64,000 bases of DNA from Bdellovibrionales bacterium (GTDB lineage Bacteria; Bdellovibrionota; Bdellovibrionia; Bdellovibrionales; JAMPXM01). The notes below the pieces were generated by a model. It saw only the letters and a list, made by a program, of their open reading frames with translations. It had not been told where the DNA came from and did not search any database. Location of the stretch: positions 1 through 64,000 of the forward strand of contig JAYUEN010000387.1 of NCBI GenBank assembly GCA_043739185.1, in the 5' to 3' direction. Below are positions 8,702-17,928 of the stretch, one piece after another; the first letter of the stretch is position 1, and every line of letters starts with the position of its first letter. Made by a program: the position numbers and the translations under genes.

Positions 8702-10482
8702 AGGATGCTCGAATGAAGGCGATACCTGTTTCTCCTGGGCTTGCTATGGGCAAAGTTTATAAAATGCCTGAGCAGAAAAATCATTCTCATATTCCGCGTA
8801 TTGTTGAAAATAGCGAAGTGGAACTCCAAAAATTAAATTTAGCTATTTCAAACGCCTTGCTTGAAATGAAAGAAATTGTATCACGATTAAACAAATCCTC
8901 GCAAAATCAACAAGCTGAGATTTTTGAAGCTCACGCTTTGATGATCGAAGATCCTGAGCTAGTCGATCGGGCAAAGGACCTGATCCTACAAGGAAAATTG
9001 AGTGCGGTTTGGGCTTATAAAGAGGCCAGTGACGAGTTTGCCGGCATGCTCGCTGGACTAGAAGATTCCTATTTGCGTGAACGAGCCGCCGATGTAAAAG
9101 ATATCGCCAGTCGAGTGATGGCTCATCTACTGGGGCAAAAGAGCATTAATTTAGAAAATGTTCCGCCAAACTCCATTTTGATAGCCGAAGATATAAGTCC
9201 ATCTCAGATGGCGTCGCTTAATCCAAAGCTAGTAAAGGGGATCATAACTGAATTGGGCGGAAAAACTTCACATACGGCTATAATCGCGCGAGCTCTTGAG
9301 ATTCCGGCGCTTGCGGGAGCAAGTGGGATTATGGCCCAAGTAGAAGATTCAAATCTTGTCTTACTAGATGCCTTGAGTGGTGAAATTGAAATTGAGCCAA
9401 GCATTGAGTCTTGTCTGGCGTTTGAAAAAAAGATACAGGAGTTGAGCAAATCGAAGGCTGAGCTCAATCAATATAAAAATCTAAAATCTGAAACAAGAGA
9501 CAAAAAATGCATTTTGTTAGGTGCAAATATTGGCGGACATCTAGATATTCCGTCGCTAATTGAGAATGATGCTGAAGCGGTGGGTTTATATCGCACTGAA
9601 TTTGTTTTTTTAAACCACAATCGAATTCCAAGTCGAAAAGAACAGTATCAAGCCTATCGAGAAGTTTTTGAAGCTTTGGGCACTAAGCATTGTGTGATCC
9701 GCACGCTTGATATAGGTGGTGACAAGCAACTCGAGGGGCTTTCAGTTGCCGCTGAAATGAATCCGTTTCTGGGCTTAAGGGGAATTCGGCTATGTCTTCA
9801 GGAGCGTGGCATTTTTAAGGATCAGATCAAGGCGATTTTGATGGCGGGCTTGGGACATTCGATCGGAATTATGATTCCGATGATTTCAAATATTGAAGAA
9901 ATTCTTCAAACGAAATCTGTATTAAATGAATGTGAACAAGAGCTTAAAGCAGAGGGAAAGCTTTTCTGCCAAGATTATCAATTTGGCGTGATGATTGAAG
10001 TTCCTAGCGCGGCCATGATCGTCGATCTGATTGCAAAACACGTCGACTTCATAAGTATAGGCACCAATGATTTGACTCAATATGTTTGTGCCGTTGATCG
10101 CTTAAACGACAAAGTTGAAAAACTTTATGATCCGTTCAATCCTGGCTTTTTGAGAATTATGAATCGAATTTTGAGTGCAGCCAGTGAAGTTCAACTACAT
10201 TCAGGGATCTGCGGATCCCTTGCTCATTCGGAATTGCTAGTTCCATTGTTTATTGGCATGGGAGTGAATGAATTGAGTATGACATCTCAACATTTGCTAT
10301 CAACTCGTCGCCTTGTACGCAGCTTATCTTTTGTAGATTGTAAGCTTTTAGTTAAAAAGGTCATGTCATTTGAAACGAGTTTTGAAATAAAATCTTGTTT
10401 AGAAGAATTCAGCCAAAATCTTTCGCTTCAGATTAGTGCCGATTCAATGATCCCAAATGAAAAGAAATTAGGTCTCGTTTAA
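8698..10482 (+). CDS. ptsI: PTS enzyme I
   Basis: GGKTSHTAIIAR, GLYRTEF, RTLDIGGDK, NPFLGLRGIR, SIGTNDLTQY; ATGA overlap with ptsH. Confidence 0.95.
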   Translation: MKDARMKAIPVSPGLAMGKVYKMPEQKNHSHIPRIVENSEVELQKLNLAISNALLEMKEIVSRLNKSSQNQQAEIFEAHALMIEDPELVDRAKDLILQGKLSAVWAYKEASDEFAGMLAGLEDSYLRERAADVKDIASRVMAHLLGQKSINLENVPPNSILIAEDISPSQMASLNPKLVKGIITELGGKTSHTAIIARALEIPALAGASGIMAQVEDSNLVLLDALSGEIEIEPSIESCLAFEKKIQELSKSKAELNQYKNLKSETRDKKCILLGANIGGHLDIPSLIENDAEAVGLYRTEFVFLNHNRIPSRKEQYQAYREVFEALGTKHCVIRTLDIGGDKQLEGLSVAAEMNPFLGLRGIRLCLQERGIFKDQIKAILMAGLGHSIGIMIPMISNIEEILQTKSVLNECEQELKAEGKLFCQDYQFGVMIEVPSAAMIVDLIAKHVDFISIGTNDLTQYVCAVDRLNDKVEKLYDPFNPGFLRIMNRILSAASEVQLHSGICGSLAHSELLVPLFIGMGVNELSMTSQHLLSTRRLVRSLSFVDCKLLVKKVMSFETSFEIKSCLEEFSQNLSLQISADSMIPNEKKLGLV

Positions 10483-10484
10483 TA

Positions 10485-12308
10485 CTACTCGGTTAGGGAC
10501 TGCCAGCGTTTATATAAACTTTCAACTTCAGTTTGTTGTTTTTTTAGACTGGTGGTCAATTCTGAAAGCTTTTGAAATTGCGACAGATTTTCTGGCAGAG
10601 TCATTTGAACCTGAATTTCAGAAAGTTTCTCTTCAGCAATTTGAATCTTAGCTTCAATGCCTTCAAGCTCACGCTGATCTTTAAAGCTTAATTTTTTCTT
10701 ACTTAGAGAGCCGAGCTCTGGTTTCGCCAAAGTCTCTTCTTTGTTGCCTTTTGTTTTCGAATTTAAATTACTCGCATTTGGAGTTTTGAGATTGGCTTGA
10801 TAGTCCTGCCACTGTAAGAAACTTGAGAAGCTAACGAGCTCGGTAGAGCCCTCAATAAAGGCGAGAATTTGATTTGAGACTTGATCCATAAAATACCGAT
10901 CATGAGTCACCAAAATTATGGCGCCATCAAAATCCTTCAATGCTTCTTCAAGGACATTCAGGGTATCGATATCAAGATCATTGGTCGGTTCATCTAAAAC
11001 CAGAACTTGATCCTTATTCATCATGAGCATGGCAATTAAGAGTCTGCTTTGCTCTCCACCTGAAAGTTTTTTAACTGGCATATCCATTTGATCATGCCTA
11101 AAACGAAATTTGGTCAAATAGGATTTTGCATGCATGGGTTGACCTTGAACTTGCACATAGTCCCCATCGGGACAGATGTTCTTCAAGACGCTGATCTCGG
11201 GATTCAAACTGTTCTTACTTTGTTCGAAATAAGAAATGGTCATTTGGTCGGTTAACCAGACTTCGCCCTTATCGGGTTTAATATCGCCCAATAGGGTGCG
11301 AATCAAAGTTGATTTGCCGCAGCCGTTATTTCCTAATATACCAACACGCGTTTTTGGCCCAAGCAGAAAAGAGAAATTTTCAAAAAGAGTTTTTCCGCCG
11401 AGTTTCTTTGAAATGTGCTTGGCTTCAAGAATTTTTTTAGGCGCGCGGCCGACTTCTCCAAAATCTACCAAAATCTTTTTATTTGAGTTGCGCTCCTTTA
11501 AGTCCTGAACTTCTGAAGATAGATCGCCGGCGCGTTCAATTCTGGCTTTTTGCTTTGTTTGACGAGCTTTGGCCCCGCGTCTGAGCCATTCGGTTTCGCG
11601 TCTCAAGGTATTCTTTTTTACGCTTTCAAGATTTCTTTGTGCTTCAAGGCCAGCTTCTTTGAAGTCGACAAAATCAGAGTAGCTGCCTGAAAACTTGATC
11701 AAACCCTCAGGATTTCTTTTGTCCAAATCAAAAATGAAGTCACAGGTATTTTGCAGAAAAAGTCGATCATGGGTAACCATCAAAGATGCTAGCTGTGTTT
11801 GTTTGTTTAAAAAATCTTCGAGCCACATGATACTCTTTAAATCCAAATGGTTGGTTGGCTCGTCAAGAAGTAAAAGATTTGGTTTCTTAACGAGCTCGCA
11901 TGCCAAAGCTGCGCGCTTCTTCCAGCCGCCAGAAAGCTCGTTTAAGAGCGCGTCTTCGCCAAATTGATCAAGTTCAAGGCGGGAAATCATTTCTTGGGAA
12001 ATCAAAATGTTTTCATAATCATAAGGATCTTCAGTCGCGCCAACCACGGTTTCGTAAAGCCGACTTTCTGGAGCAAAATGCGGGCTTTGGTGTAAATATC
12101 CAACTTTAATTTGATTCGATAGACTGAGATCGCCCTTATCTTGAGTCTGCAGTTTTGCGAGAATTTGCAAGAGCGTGGACTTCCCAGCGCCATTGGGTCC
12201 GATAAGTCCAATTTTTTGACCGCTCTCAATTGAAAAACTAATGTCTTTAAAGAGCGTTTGAATTCCAAAAGCTTTTGAAATTTTATAAGCCGAAGCTAGT
12301 ACTGCCAT
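10485..12308 (-). CDS. uup: ABC-F family ATPase Uup
   Basis: Two ABC domains (GPNGAGKST, LSGG, LDEPTNHLD; GNNGCGKST, LSGGE, LDEPTNDLD), RRGAKARQTKQKAR linker, KKLSFK C-terminal coil. Confidence 0.9.
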   Translation of the reverse strand: MAVLASAYKISKAFGIQTLFKDISFSIESGQKIGLIGPNGAGKSTLLQILAKLQTQDKGDLSLSNQIKVGYLHQSPHFAPESRLYETVVGATEDPYDYENILISQEMISRLELDQFGEDALLNELSGGWKKRAALACELVKKPNLLLLDEPTNHLDLKSIMWLEDFLNKQTQLASLMVTHDRLFLQNTCDFIFDLDKRNPEGLIKFSGSYSDFVDFKEAGLEAQRNLESVKKNTLRRETEWLRRGAKARQTKQKARIERAGDLSSEVQDLKERNSNKKILVDFGEVGRAPKKILEAKHISKKLGGKTLFENFSFLLGPKTRVGILGNNGCGKSTLIRTLLGDIKPDKGEVWLTDQMTISYFEQSKNSLNPEISVLKNICPDGDYVQVQGQPMHAKSYLTKFRFRHDQMDMPVKKLSGGEQSRLLIAMLMMNKDQVLVLDEPTNDLDIDTLNVLEEALKDFDGAIILVTHDRYFMDQVSNQILAFIEGSTELVSFSSFLQWQDYQANLKTPNASNLNSKTKGNKEETLAKPELGSLSKKKLSFKDQRELEGIEAKIQIAEEKLSEIQVQMTLPENLSQFQKLSELTTSLKKQQTEVESLYKRWQSLTE

Positions 12309-12323
12309 ATAAAGGACCCAATT

Positions 12324-13154
12324 TTAAGTAATGAAGTTCTCAGTTTGATGACTTTGCTTGAATTTGGCAATTGAATCTTGAGATTCTTCTACTTTCGCGA
12401 ATTCAACAAAAAGACTATTATCTAGCAATACCTTTGGGTTGATTCCGAGCTTGAAGAGCTCGAGCCAAAGCTTTTTTCCTTCGGGTTTCTTTCGACGGGC
12501 CCGCCTGTAACAACTCCAATTGAACCAAAGAATAAACGGATAAAAAATAAACATGAGAAGCAGGGAGGTATCATTGACTCTAGTTGAGTGAATTTTGTGT
12601 ATTTTAAATCCGGCCAATTCAGCAAACAAACGGAGCTTGAAAATCCCAATTAGAAAAATATGTCCATAATAAACTGATTCTGATTTTTCAGCGGTGAACC
12701 ACAGGCTGTCAATTTCATTGGGCGGCATATACTTGCCAAAATACTCGCTCTCACCAAGCATATAGCTCAAGCGACTGCGCAGATTTGAATAATTTGGAGT
12801 GGTGATGAGCAAACGGCCGCCGGGTTTCAAAACTCTCGAGAACTCACAAAACATGTGAATCTGATCAGCAATATGTTCAACACCTTCTTGGCAAATGACA
12901 AAGTCTGCTAGGCCAGAAGCAATTGGTAGATCTTTTTTAAGATCCGCATAGTGACATTCAATGTCTTTTTCATGAAAAAACTCTGGAATGAGATCGTATG
13001 CGACTACTTTTGCCCCCAGGTCTTTTAATTTTCTCGAAGTCACGCCATTGCCGGCGGGCAGATCAAGCGCAATTTTATTTTTAAGGCTCAGGTGATTTTG
13101 ATCTATCCAGAGATTCACAAAATACTTGATTTCTTTAGGGCCAAAAAATTTCAT
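12324..13154 (-). CDS. Class I SAM-dependent methyltransferase
   Basis: LDLPAGNG, D.VICQEGVEH, RVLKPGGRLLITTPN. Confidence 0.85.
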   Translation of the reverse strand: MKFFGPKEIKYFVNLWIDQNHLSLKNKIALDLPAGNGVTSRKLKDLGAKVVAYDLIPEFFHEKDIECHYADLKKDLPIASGLADFVICQEGVEHIADQIHMFCEFSRVLKPGGRLLITTPNYSNLRSRLSYMLGESEYFGKYMPPNEIDSLWFTAEKSESVYYGHIFLIGIFKLRLFAELAGFKIHKIHSTRVNDTSLLLMFIFYPFILWFNWSCYRRARRKKPEGKKLWLELFKLGINPKVLLDNSLFVEFAKVEESQDSIAKFKQSHQTENFIT

Positions 13155-13215
13155 TAATTCTCATTCAGAAATTATAATAGGGATTCTCGTTAGCTATTTA
13201 AGCCTTTTGTGCAGA

Positions 13216-14022
13216 TTAATTCAATCCCAATTTCCCATTTGGGGGGGGGATGGGCTCTATACCAATAGGCGTGGGAATTTTGATAGCATAGCCACAGTAA
13301 GAGGCTTTGAGTGAATCTGTGAAACTAAAAGTAAATTCAGAAGAAACCACACGCTTTAAGAACCCAAGCAGTACCCTTAGATTGAAGAGATTGGGCTTTA
13401 AACCCTTCATTTCTCGAACTTCGAGCTTGGCTATGTGGCAATATTTCTTTAGCTCGAAGGGCTTAATAAACAATCGCAAAATATGCATATTCTTAGGCGT
13501 ATTTCTCACGAAAATTTCAACAGCTTTAATGACCAGAAGCCAAGAAAATAGATTGCGATTAAAAGTGTGAAAGAAGAAGACGCCACCGGGTCTTAAAACC
13601 CGCGAAATTTCGGCAATGTATATTTCAGGATTTTCGACATGTTCTAAAAAATCCATCGCAGTGACCACATCAAAAGTATTACTTTTAAATGGGAGATGGG
13701 CCGCATTTGCAAGTGAATAGTGAACACTTGAGGTTTCGTCGTATTTTCGGGCGATCTGCAAGCTCGACTCTGACAAATCAATTGCGTGAATTGAATAGCC
13801 TTGCTTTGCTAGATAATTGCTGAGAAATCCGCCGCCACATCCGACGTCTAAAATTTCAATTTGAGAGTTTGAAAGTTCACGGCCAAGTAAAGTTTTAATT
13901 TTTGCAAAAATCCAGGGATTTCGTAATTGAGACTCGGCTCGAAGTAACGCCACCGGATTGTCTTGCGATTCGTACCAGCGGCTTCCGAGCTCTTGATAGA
14001 TGCTATTATCAACGCTATTCAT
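13216..14022 (-). CDS. ubiG: UbiG-like O-methyltransferase
   Basis: ILDVGCGGGFLS, FDVVTAMDFLEHV, LRPGG.FFFHTFNRN, FIKP.EL. Confidence 0.8.
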   Translation of the reverse strand: MNSVDNSIYQELGSRWYESQDNPVALLRAESQLRNPWIFAKIKTLLGRELSNSQIEILDVGCGGGFLSNYLAKQGYSIHAIDLSESSLQIARKYDETSSVHYSLANAAHLPFKSNTFDVVTAMDFLEHVENPEIYIAEISRVLRPGGVFFFHTFNRNLFSWLLVIKAVEIFVRNTPKNMHILRLFIKPFELKKYCHIAKLEVREMKGLKPNLFNLRVLLGFLKRVVSSEFTFSFTDSLKASYCGYAIKIPTPIGIEPIPPPNGKLGLN

Positions 14023-14461
14023 TTTGGGTCCTTTTTATAAATTGCCAAAAGACTATTTGATACAACATAAAAGCAAAAATGAATCCTATTTGTATTATTA
14101 TTACATTTTGAAATTCACCTGCCCTCCACAGAGCAAACAAGGCGTAAAAACAAATTGGATGCAGAAGAAAAAGAATTGCATGAAGCCAATGTTCAGCGCC
14201 ATTGCATTCGCGGGCATGTACGAATTCATCTTTGGTGACAAAAAGGCAGCTGAAAATACAGAGCAGTGCAAAAGCAAATATATTATTTTCAGAGGGAAGT
14301 TTGAGAGCTGCGAAACTCCAGCAAAGAAGGATGCTCAAGCTATCTAAAGGATGCCCGATGCGTTCCCATTTTGGTAGGCCTCGTTTGTAATGATAATAAA
14401 ATTCGTCAATTGAAATGATCAGGGCTTGCAAAAAGATCGGAATTCCACAAAGTAAGATCAT
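14015..14461 (-). CDS. Conserved membrane protein (DE..H / E..GHP.D / KDE.VH / EH..H)
   Basis: About 4-5 hydrophobic segments; overlaps both the PKS and ubiG-like genes. Confidence 0.7.
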   Translation of the reverse strand: MILLCGIPIFLQALIISIDEFYYHYKRGLPKWERIGHPLDSLSILLCWSFAALKLPSENNIFAFALLCIFSCLFVTKDEFVHARECNGAEHWLHAILFLLHPICFYALFALWRAGEFQNVIIIQIGFIFAFMLYQIVFWQFIKRTQNE

Positions 14462-15585
14462 AATTTCTCAAAGAGGCCACCGAAAATAGTTAGTCCAGGG
14501 CCAAATGCCAAACTCACTATTTTTGTTTTTGCTGAGATAGTTTGATCATCTAAAAGGTCTTGCCAGATATGCGGGAGAGTGGCTGAGGACATATTTCCAA
14601 AACGAAACAGAACACTTTTTGCATGTCGTACTTGATCGTCTCTCAGTTTTAAAAGATCTTGTAGTGACTCTATAATTCTTGGTCCCCCCGGATGAATTGC
14701 AAATAAACAGTTTTCAAATTGAACTTCAAAATCCTTTAAGAAAGCTACAATATGATTTGCAATGACTGAAGGAACCTCTTTTGAAAGCGACATTTGCATG
14801 CCAAAGTTTGAAGTGAACCAAGTCATGAGTTCTGCCGAATCAGGAATGATAAATTCCTTCACTTTCAAGATGCGAAATCCGGAGTAGGGGGTTTCAGTCG
14901 AAACACTGTATTTTATAAATCCATCTGCAAATAAGCTCTGCACAACAATTTGTTCAGGAGAGTGATTATTTGGATCGAGATGCAGGGAGCAGATTTCAGT
15001 ATGGACCAAGTCGACTTCGCTTTTTGACTGAGCTGCAAAGGCTTGCGCCATTCGAATCGCAGGCAGAGAGGCATAGCATCCCATATGGTATGCGTGAGTA
15101 ATCCGAGTGAGTGAGCTCCAATTTTTTAAAGCTACAAGATGTTGAGCGCCACTTGGTGAAACATATCCAGTGCAAGTGATATGAATTAAATGCTCGGGCG
15201 CTTGGTGCTCTGCCGGATAAAATTCCTCAAAAATTTGTTTGCACTTTTTTGAAAAATACATGGTCCGTTCAAGCATGGTCGCACCAGACAATGATCCTTG
15301 CGAAATTTTATAAATGAGCAAGTTTAAAAAGTTTCGCTCCTTTGGGTTATCTGTATGAATTCCGCGGTTTGAAATTTTCTCAGGCGAGCACGCAAATCGA
15401 TCGACAAATCTCTTCACTTTAGCATATTCGTCTGTTGAAATATCCCAGGCTAAATCGTTTCGTCCTTGTGCGCAGATTTTAGCTTGCAAATGTGCGCGTA
15501 CCAGCCATTCAAGTAAAAATTCTTGAGATACCTCGAATTTGGGGCGAATCCTGTTAAATTTAGAAATATAAGAAAATTCGGACAT
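14458..15585 (-). CDS. Type III polyketide synthase (chalcone/stilbene synthase family)
   Basis: Catalytic triad MGCYA / IHPGG / GNMSSAT; LFADG; AFGPGLT. Confidence 0.9.
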   Translation of the reverse strand: MSEFSYISKFNRIRPKFEVSQEFLLEWLVRAHLQAKICAQGRNDLAWDISTDEYAKVKRFVDRFACSPEKISNRGIHTDNPKERNFLNLLIYKISQGSLSGATMLERTMYFSKKCKQIFEEFYPAEHQAPEHLIHITCTGYVSPSGAQHLVALKNWSSLTRITHAYHMGCYASLPAIRMAQAFAAQSKSEVDLVHTEICSLHLDPNNHSPEQIVVQSLFADGFIKYSVSTETPYSGFRILKVKEFIIPDSAELMTWFTSNFGMQMSLSKEVPSVIANHIVAFLKDFEVQFENCLFAIHPGGPRIIESLQDLLKLRDDQVRHAKSVLFRFGNMSSATLPHIWQDLLDDQTISAKTKIVSLAFGPGLTIFGGLFEKL

Positions 15586-15738
15586 AGCGTGCCTAACATC
15601 AACCTTAGCCTTGCAGAGGTCAATTTAATACTTTCAGGTCCGCATTATGAGTTGGCTAATGCATTGGTTCTGGCAAAATGACCGCTTATTTAGATGAAGT
15701 GCAGCGAATGAGATGCGTGAAATTGAAGAGGAGTGAGA

Positions 15739-16440
15739 GTGAATAAAGTCGAATTGAAGACAAAAGATCAAACTACGATGACTTGTTATTTTTCTGAACC
15801 CAAAACTAAGGTTCAGGCTGGCGTTATCATATTGCAAGAAGCTTTTGGCGTGAATGCTCATATTCAAGAACTAACTCTAAAGTTTGCCAAAGAGGGCTAT
15901 CTTGCGATTGCGCCAGAACTCTACCATCGAACTGCAGAGTCTGGCTGGACTTGCGATTACAATAATTTTAAAGCTGCTGAAAATCATTTCTCCGCCATAA
16001 ATGAAAACGGAATTATTGAGGACGTTGGCGCCTGTTATGATTGGATTCACGAGCGGTATCAAATTCAAGAGATCGCCTCGATAGGTTACTGTATGGGCGG
16101 CCGGGCAAGTTTCATCGCTAACTCAAGCGTCCCCTTGAAAGCGGCGATTTCATATTACGGTGGTCGAATCGTTCCTAATTATTTGAGCTTGGCTTCTAGC
16201 CAAAGAGCTCCACTTTTATTTTTTTGGGGAGGTCAGGATACGGGGATACCTCAAGAACAAATCCGCAGCCTAACTGAGGCTCTGACGGCATCAAAAAAGA
16301 CTTATACCAATATTGTGATTTCAGATGCTGGCCACGGATTCTCAACTGACGACCGGGCGTCTTTTCACCCATTGGCTTCGCAACTTGCTTGGGCCACAAG
16401 TTTAGAGTTTCTAAAGATCAATTTAGTCACTAAGAATTAA
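15739..16440 (+). CDS. Dienelactone hydrolase family protein
   Basis: QEAFGVN, GYCMGG nucleophile, AGHGF; GTG start after GAGGAG (alternative 15733). Confidence 0.9.
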   Translation: MNKVELKTKDQTTMTCYFSEPKTKVQAGVIILQEAFGVNAHIQELTLKFAKEGYLAIAPELYHRTAESGWTCDYNNFKAAENHFSAINENGIIEDVGACYDWIHERYQIQEIASIGYCMGGRASFIANSSVPLKAAISYYGGRIVPNYLSLASSQRAPLLFFWGGQDTGIPQEQIRSLTEALTASKKTYTNIVISDAGHGFSTDDRASFHPLASQLAWATSLEFLKINLVTKN

Positions 16441-16457
16441 GGGCCCTAAGCTCAGTA

Positions 16458-17309
16458 TCAATGGCAGACCAAATTTAAAGTTTCAGCGTTCAGCGCGTTT
16501 TCACGCGCGATATTACAAGCCTTTGAGCTCAAGCTTGCCATGACATCCCAGTTTGAAAAAATATTAGAAGCCTTACCCTTTACCACAGCAGCCAAATAAT
16601 CATGATTTTGAAAGCGAATATAAACTGGGCTGCCGCTATCGCCCTCTTCGACACGCGAAGTGGAGCGTGATTCGATCCAGCCACCACCATTATAAGAAAA
16701 ACTATTTAAGACTGCTGAACGTTTAAAGTCGGTAGTATTGGTGTCCCAATAATTAATACTTACTATTTGAAATAGGGCTGAACTTAAATTCTGTTTTACT
16801 ACCAACCAAATTTTTTGAGGAACTATATTTGCAAAAATAAAATTTGGCTCGAGCTCAAGTTTCTCATTGAGCAAGATGAGCGCAACGTCTTCTCCCGGTG
16901 GAATTTGGACTTTGACCCCTTGGCTTAATATTTTGTTTTGAAGATACTTTGACAAAATAAAGTGAGCCGAGAGGTCCTTCTTAAGATAGGGAACAAATCC
17001 GATGCGAACCAATTTTCCGTCGATCTTGCGATTCACGTATTTGTAGGCGCCTACTTCAAGGTGTAGTCGATTTTTTGAAAGTGCTAAGCTTTCGGCAAGG
17101 CAATGCGCAGCGGTTATCAATACTTGGTTTGAAAGAAGAGTGGCATTGCAGTAGCCATTCACCTCGTCTCCGTTATCACCCAGTACAATTGCGCTTATCA
17201 AAACATTATTTTGAAAACTGGGCTCTTCGTTTGCCGTAGAGTTTGTAAGGGCTTTTGCATGGATTGAGAGGAAGATTACTAGGGGAATTAGTTTAAGCAA
17301 GAATCGCAT
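16458..17309 (-). CDS. Secreted trypsin-like (S1) serine protease
   Basis: Signal peptide; ITAAHC, DVAL, GDSGSP. Confidence 0.85.
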   Translation of the reverse strand: MRFLLKLIPLVIFLSIHAKALTNSTANEEPSFQNNVLISAIVLGDNGDEVNGYCNATLLSNQVLITAAHCLAESLALSKNRLHLEVGAYKYVNRKIDGKLVRIGFVPYLKKDLSAHFILSKYLQNKILSQGVKVQIPPGEDVALILLNEKLELEPNFIFANIVPQKIWLVVKQNLSSALFQIVSINYWDTNTTDFKRSAVLNSFSYNGGGWIESRSTSRVEEGDSGSPVYIRFQNHDYLAAVVKGKASNIFSNWDVMASLSSKACNIARENALNAETLNLVCH

Positions 17310-17327
17310 CTATGACTCCGATATTTG

Positions 17328-17362
17328 AGCCCAGATTAAGCCCAGATTAAGCTCAAGACTTA
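17328..17362. promoter_or_regulatory. 11-bp direct repeats upstream of the protease gene (possible regulator site)
   Basis: AGCCCAGATTA x2 exact, then degenerate AGCTCAAGACTTA. Confidence 0.4.
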
Positions 17363-17421
17363 TCAGCGAGAGGCTTGATTTGCATAGCGAAATTTTTAGA
17401 TTGCAGATTTGATGCGCAAGG

Positions 17422-17901
17422 CTACTGAATGGCTAATACTTCGTATTCCAGAATTTTTTTAGCACTTTCAACCACCGCGATATCGCCAATTTTCAGACCC
17501 AAAAGGGCTTCGCCCAATGGCGCATTTGGAGTGATGATTTGGATCGGCTGTGACTCTATTGTGAGTTGAATTCCGCCGCCCTTGGACATGAGAAACACCC
17601 AGCTCCTTTTACCCTCAAATTCAACTTCAATCAGCGCCGTAGATGAGATCGCTTCGGTACTCTTGAAATTCTTGATTTCAATATTTTTAAAAACAAACAA
17701 TAATTCTTCAATTTCGCCTACACGTTTTGCCTGTGCTCCAGCCAAATAGGATGCTTCGAGGGCTCTCGTATCATATTCATTTTCGGGCTTACTTTCTTCA
17801 TTGGTTGCGGCATCATAAGTCGCTCGGGCCGCGTCTTGTAGGACCTTAAGGTCAAGCTCGAGCTTTTCACAAATTGCACTTATGATTTTTTGCTTATTCA
17901 A
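17422..17901 (-). CDS. GreA/GreB family elongation factor-like protein
   Basis: ENEYDTRALEASYLA.AQ..R coiled-coil tip; ITP.APLG.ALLG...GD. Confidence 0.85.
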   Translation of the reverse strand: MNKQKIISAICEKLELDLKVLQDAARATYDAATNEESKPENEYDTRALEASYLAGAQAKRVGEIEELLFVFKNIEIKNFKSTEAISSTALIEVEFEGKRSWVFLMSKGGGIQLTIESQPIQIITPNAPLGEALLGLKIGDIAVVESAKKILEYEVLAIQ

Positions 17902-17928
17902 GTTGTTTTCTCCTTCAAAGAGTGAAGT

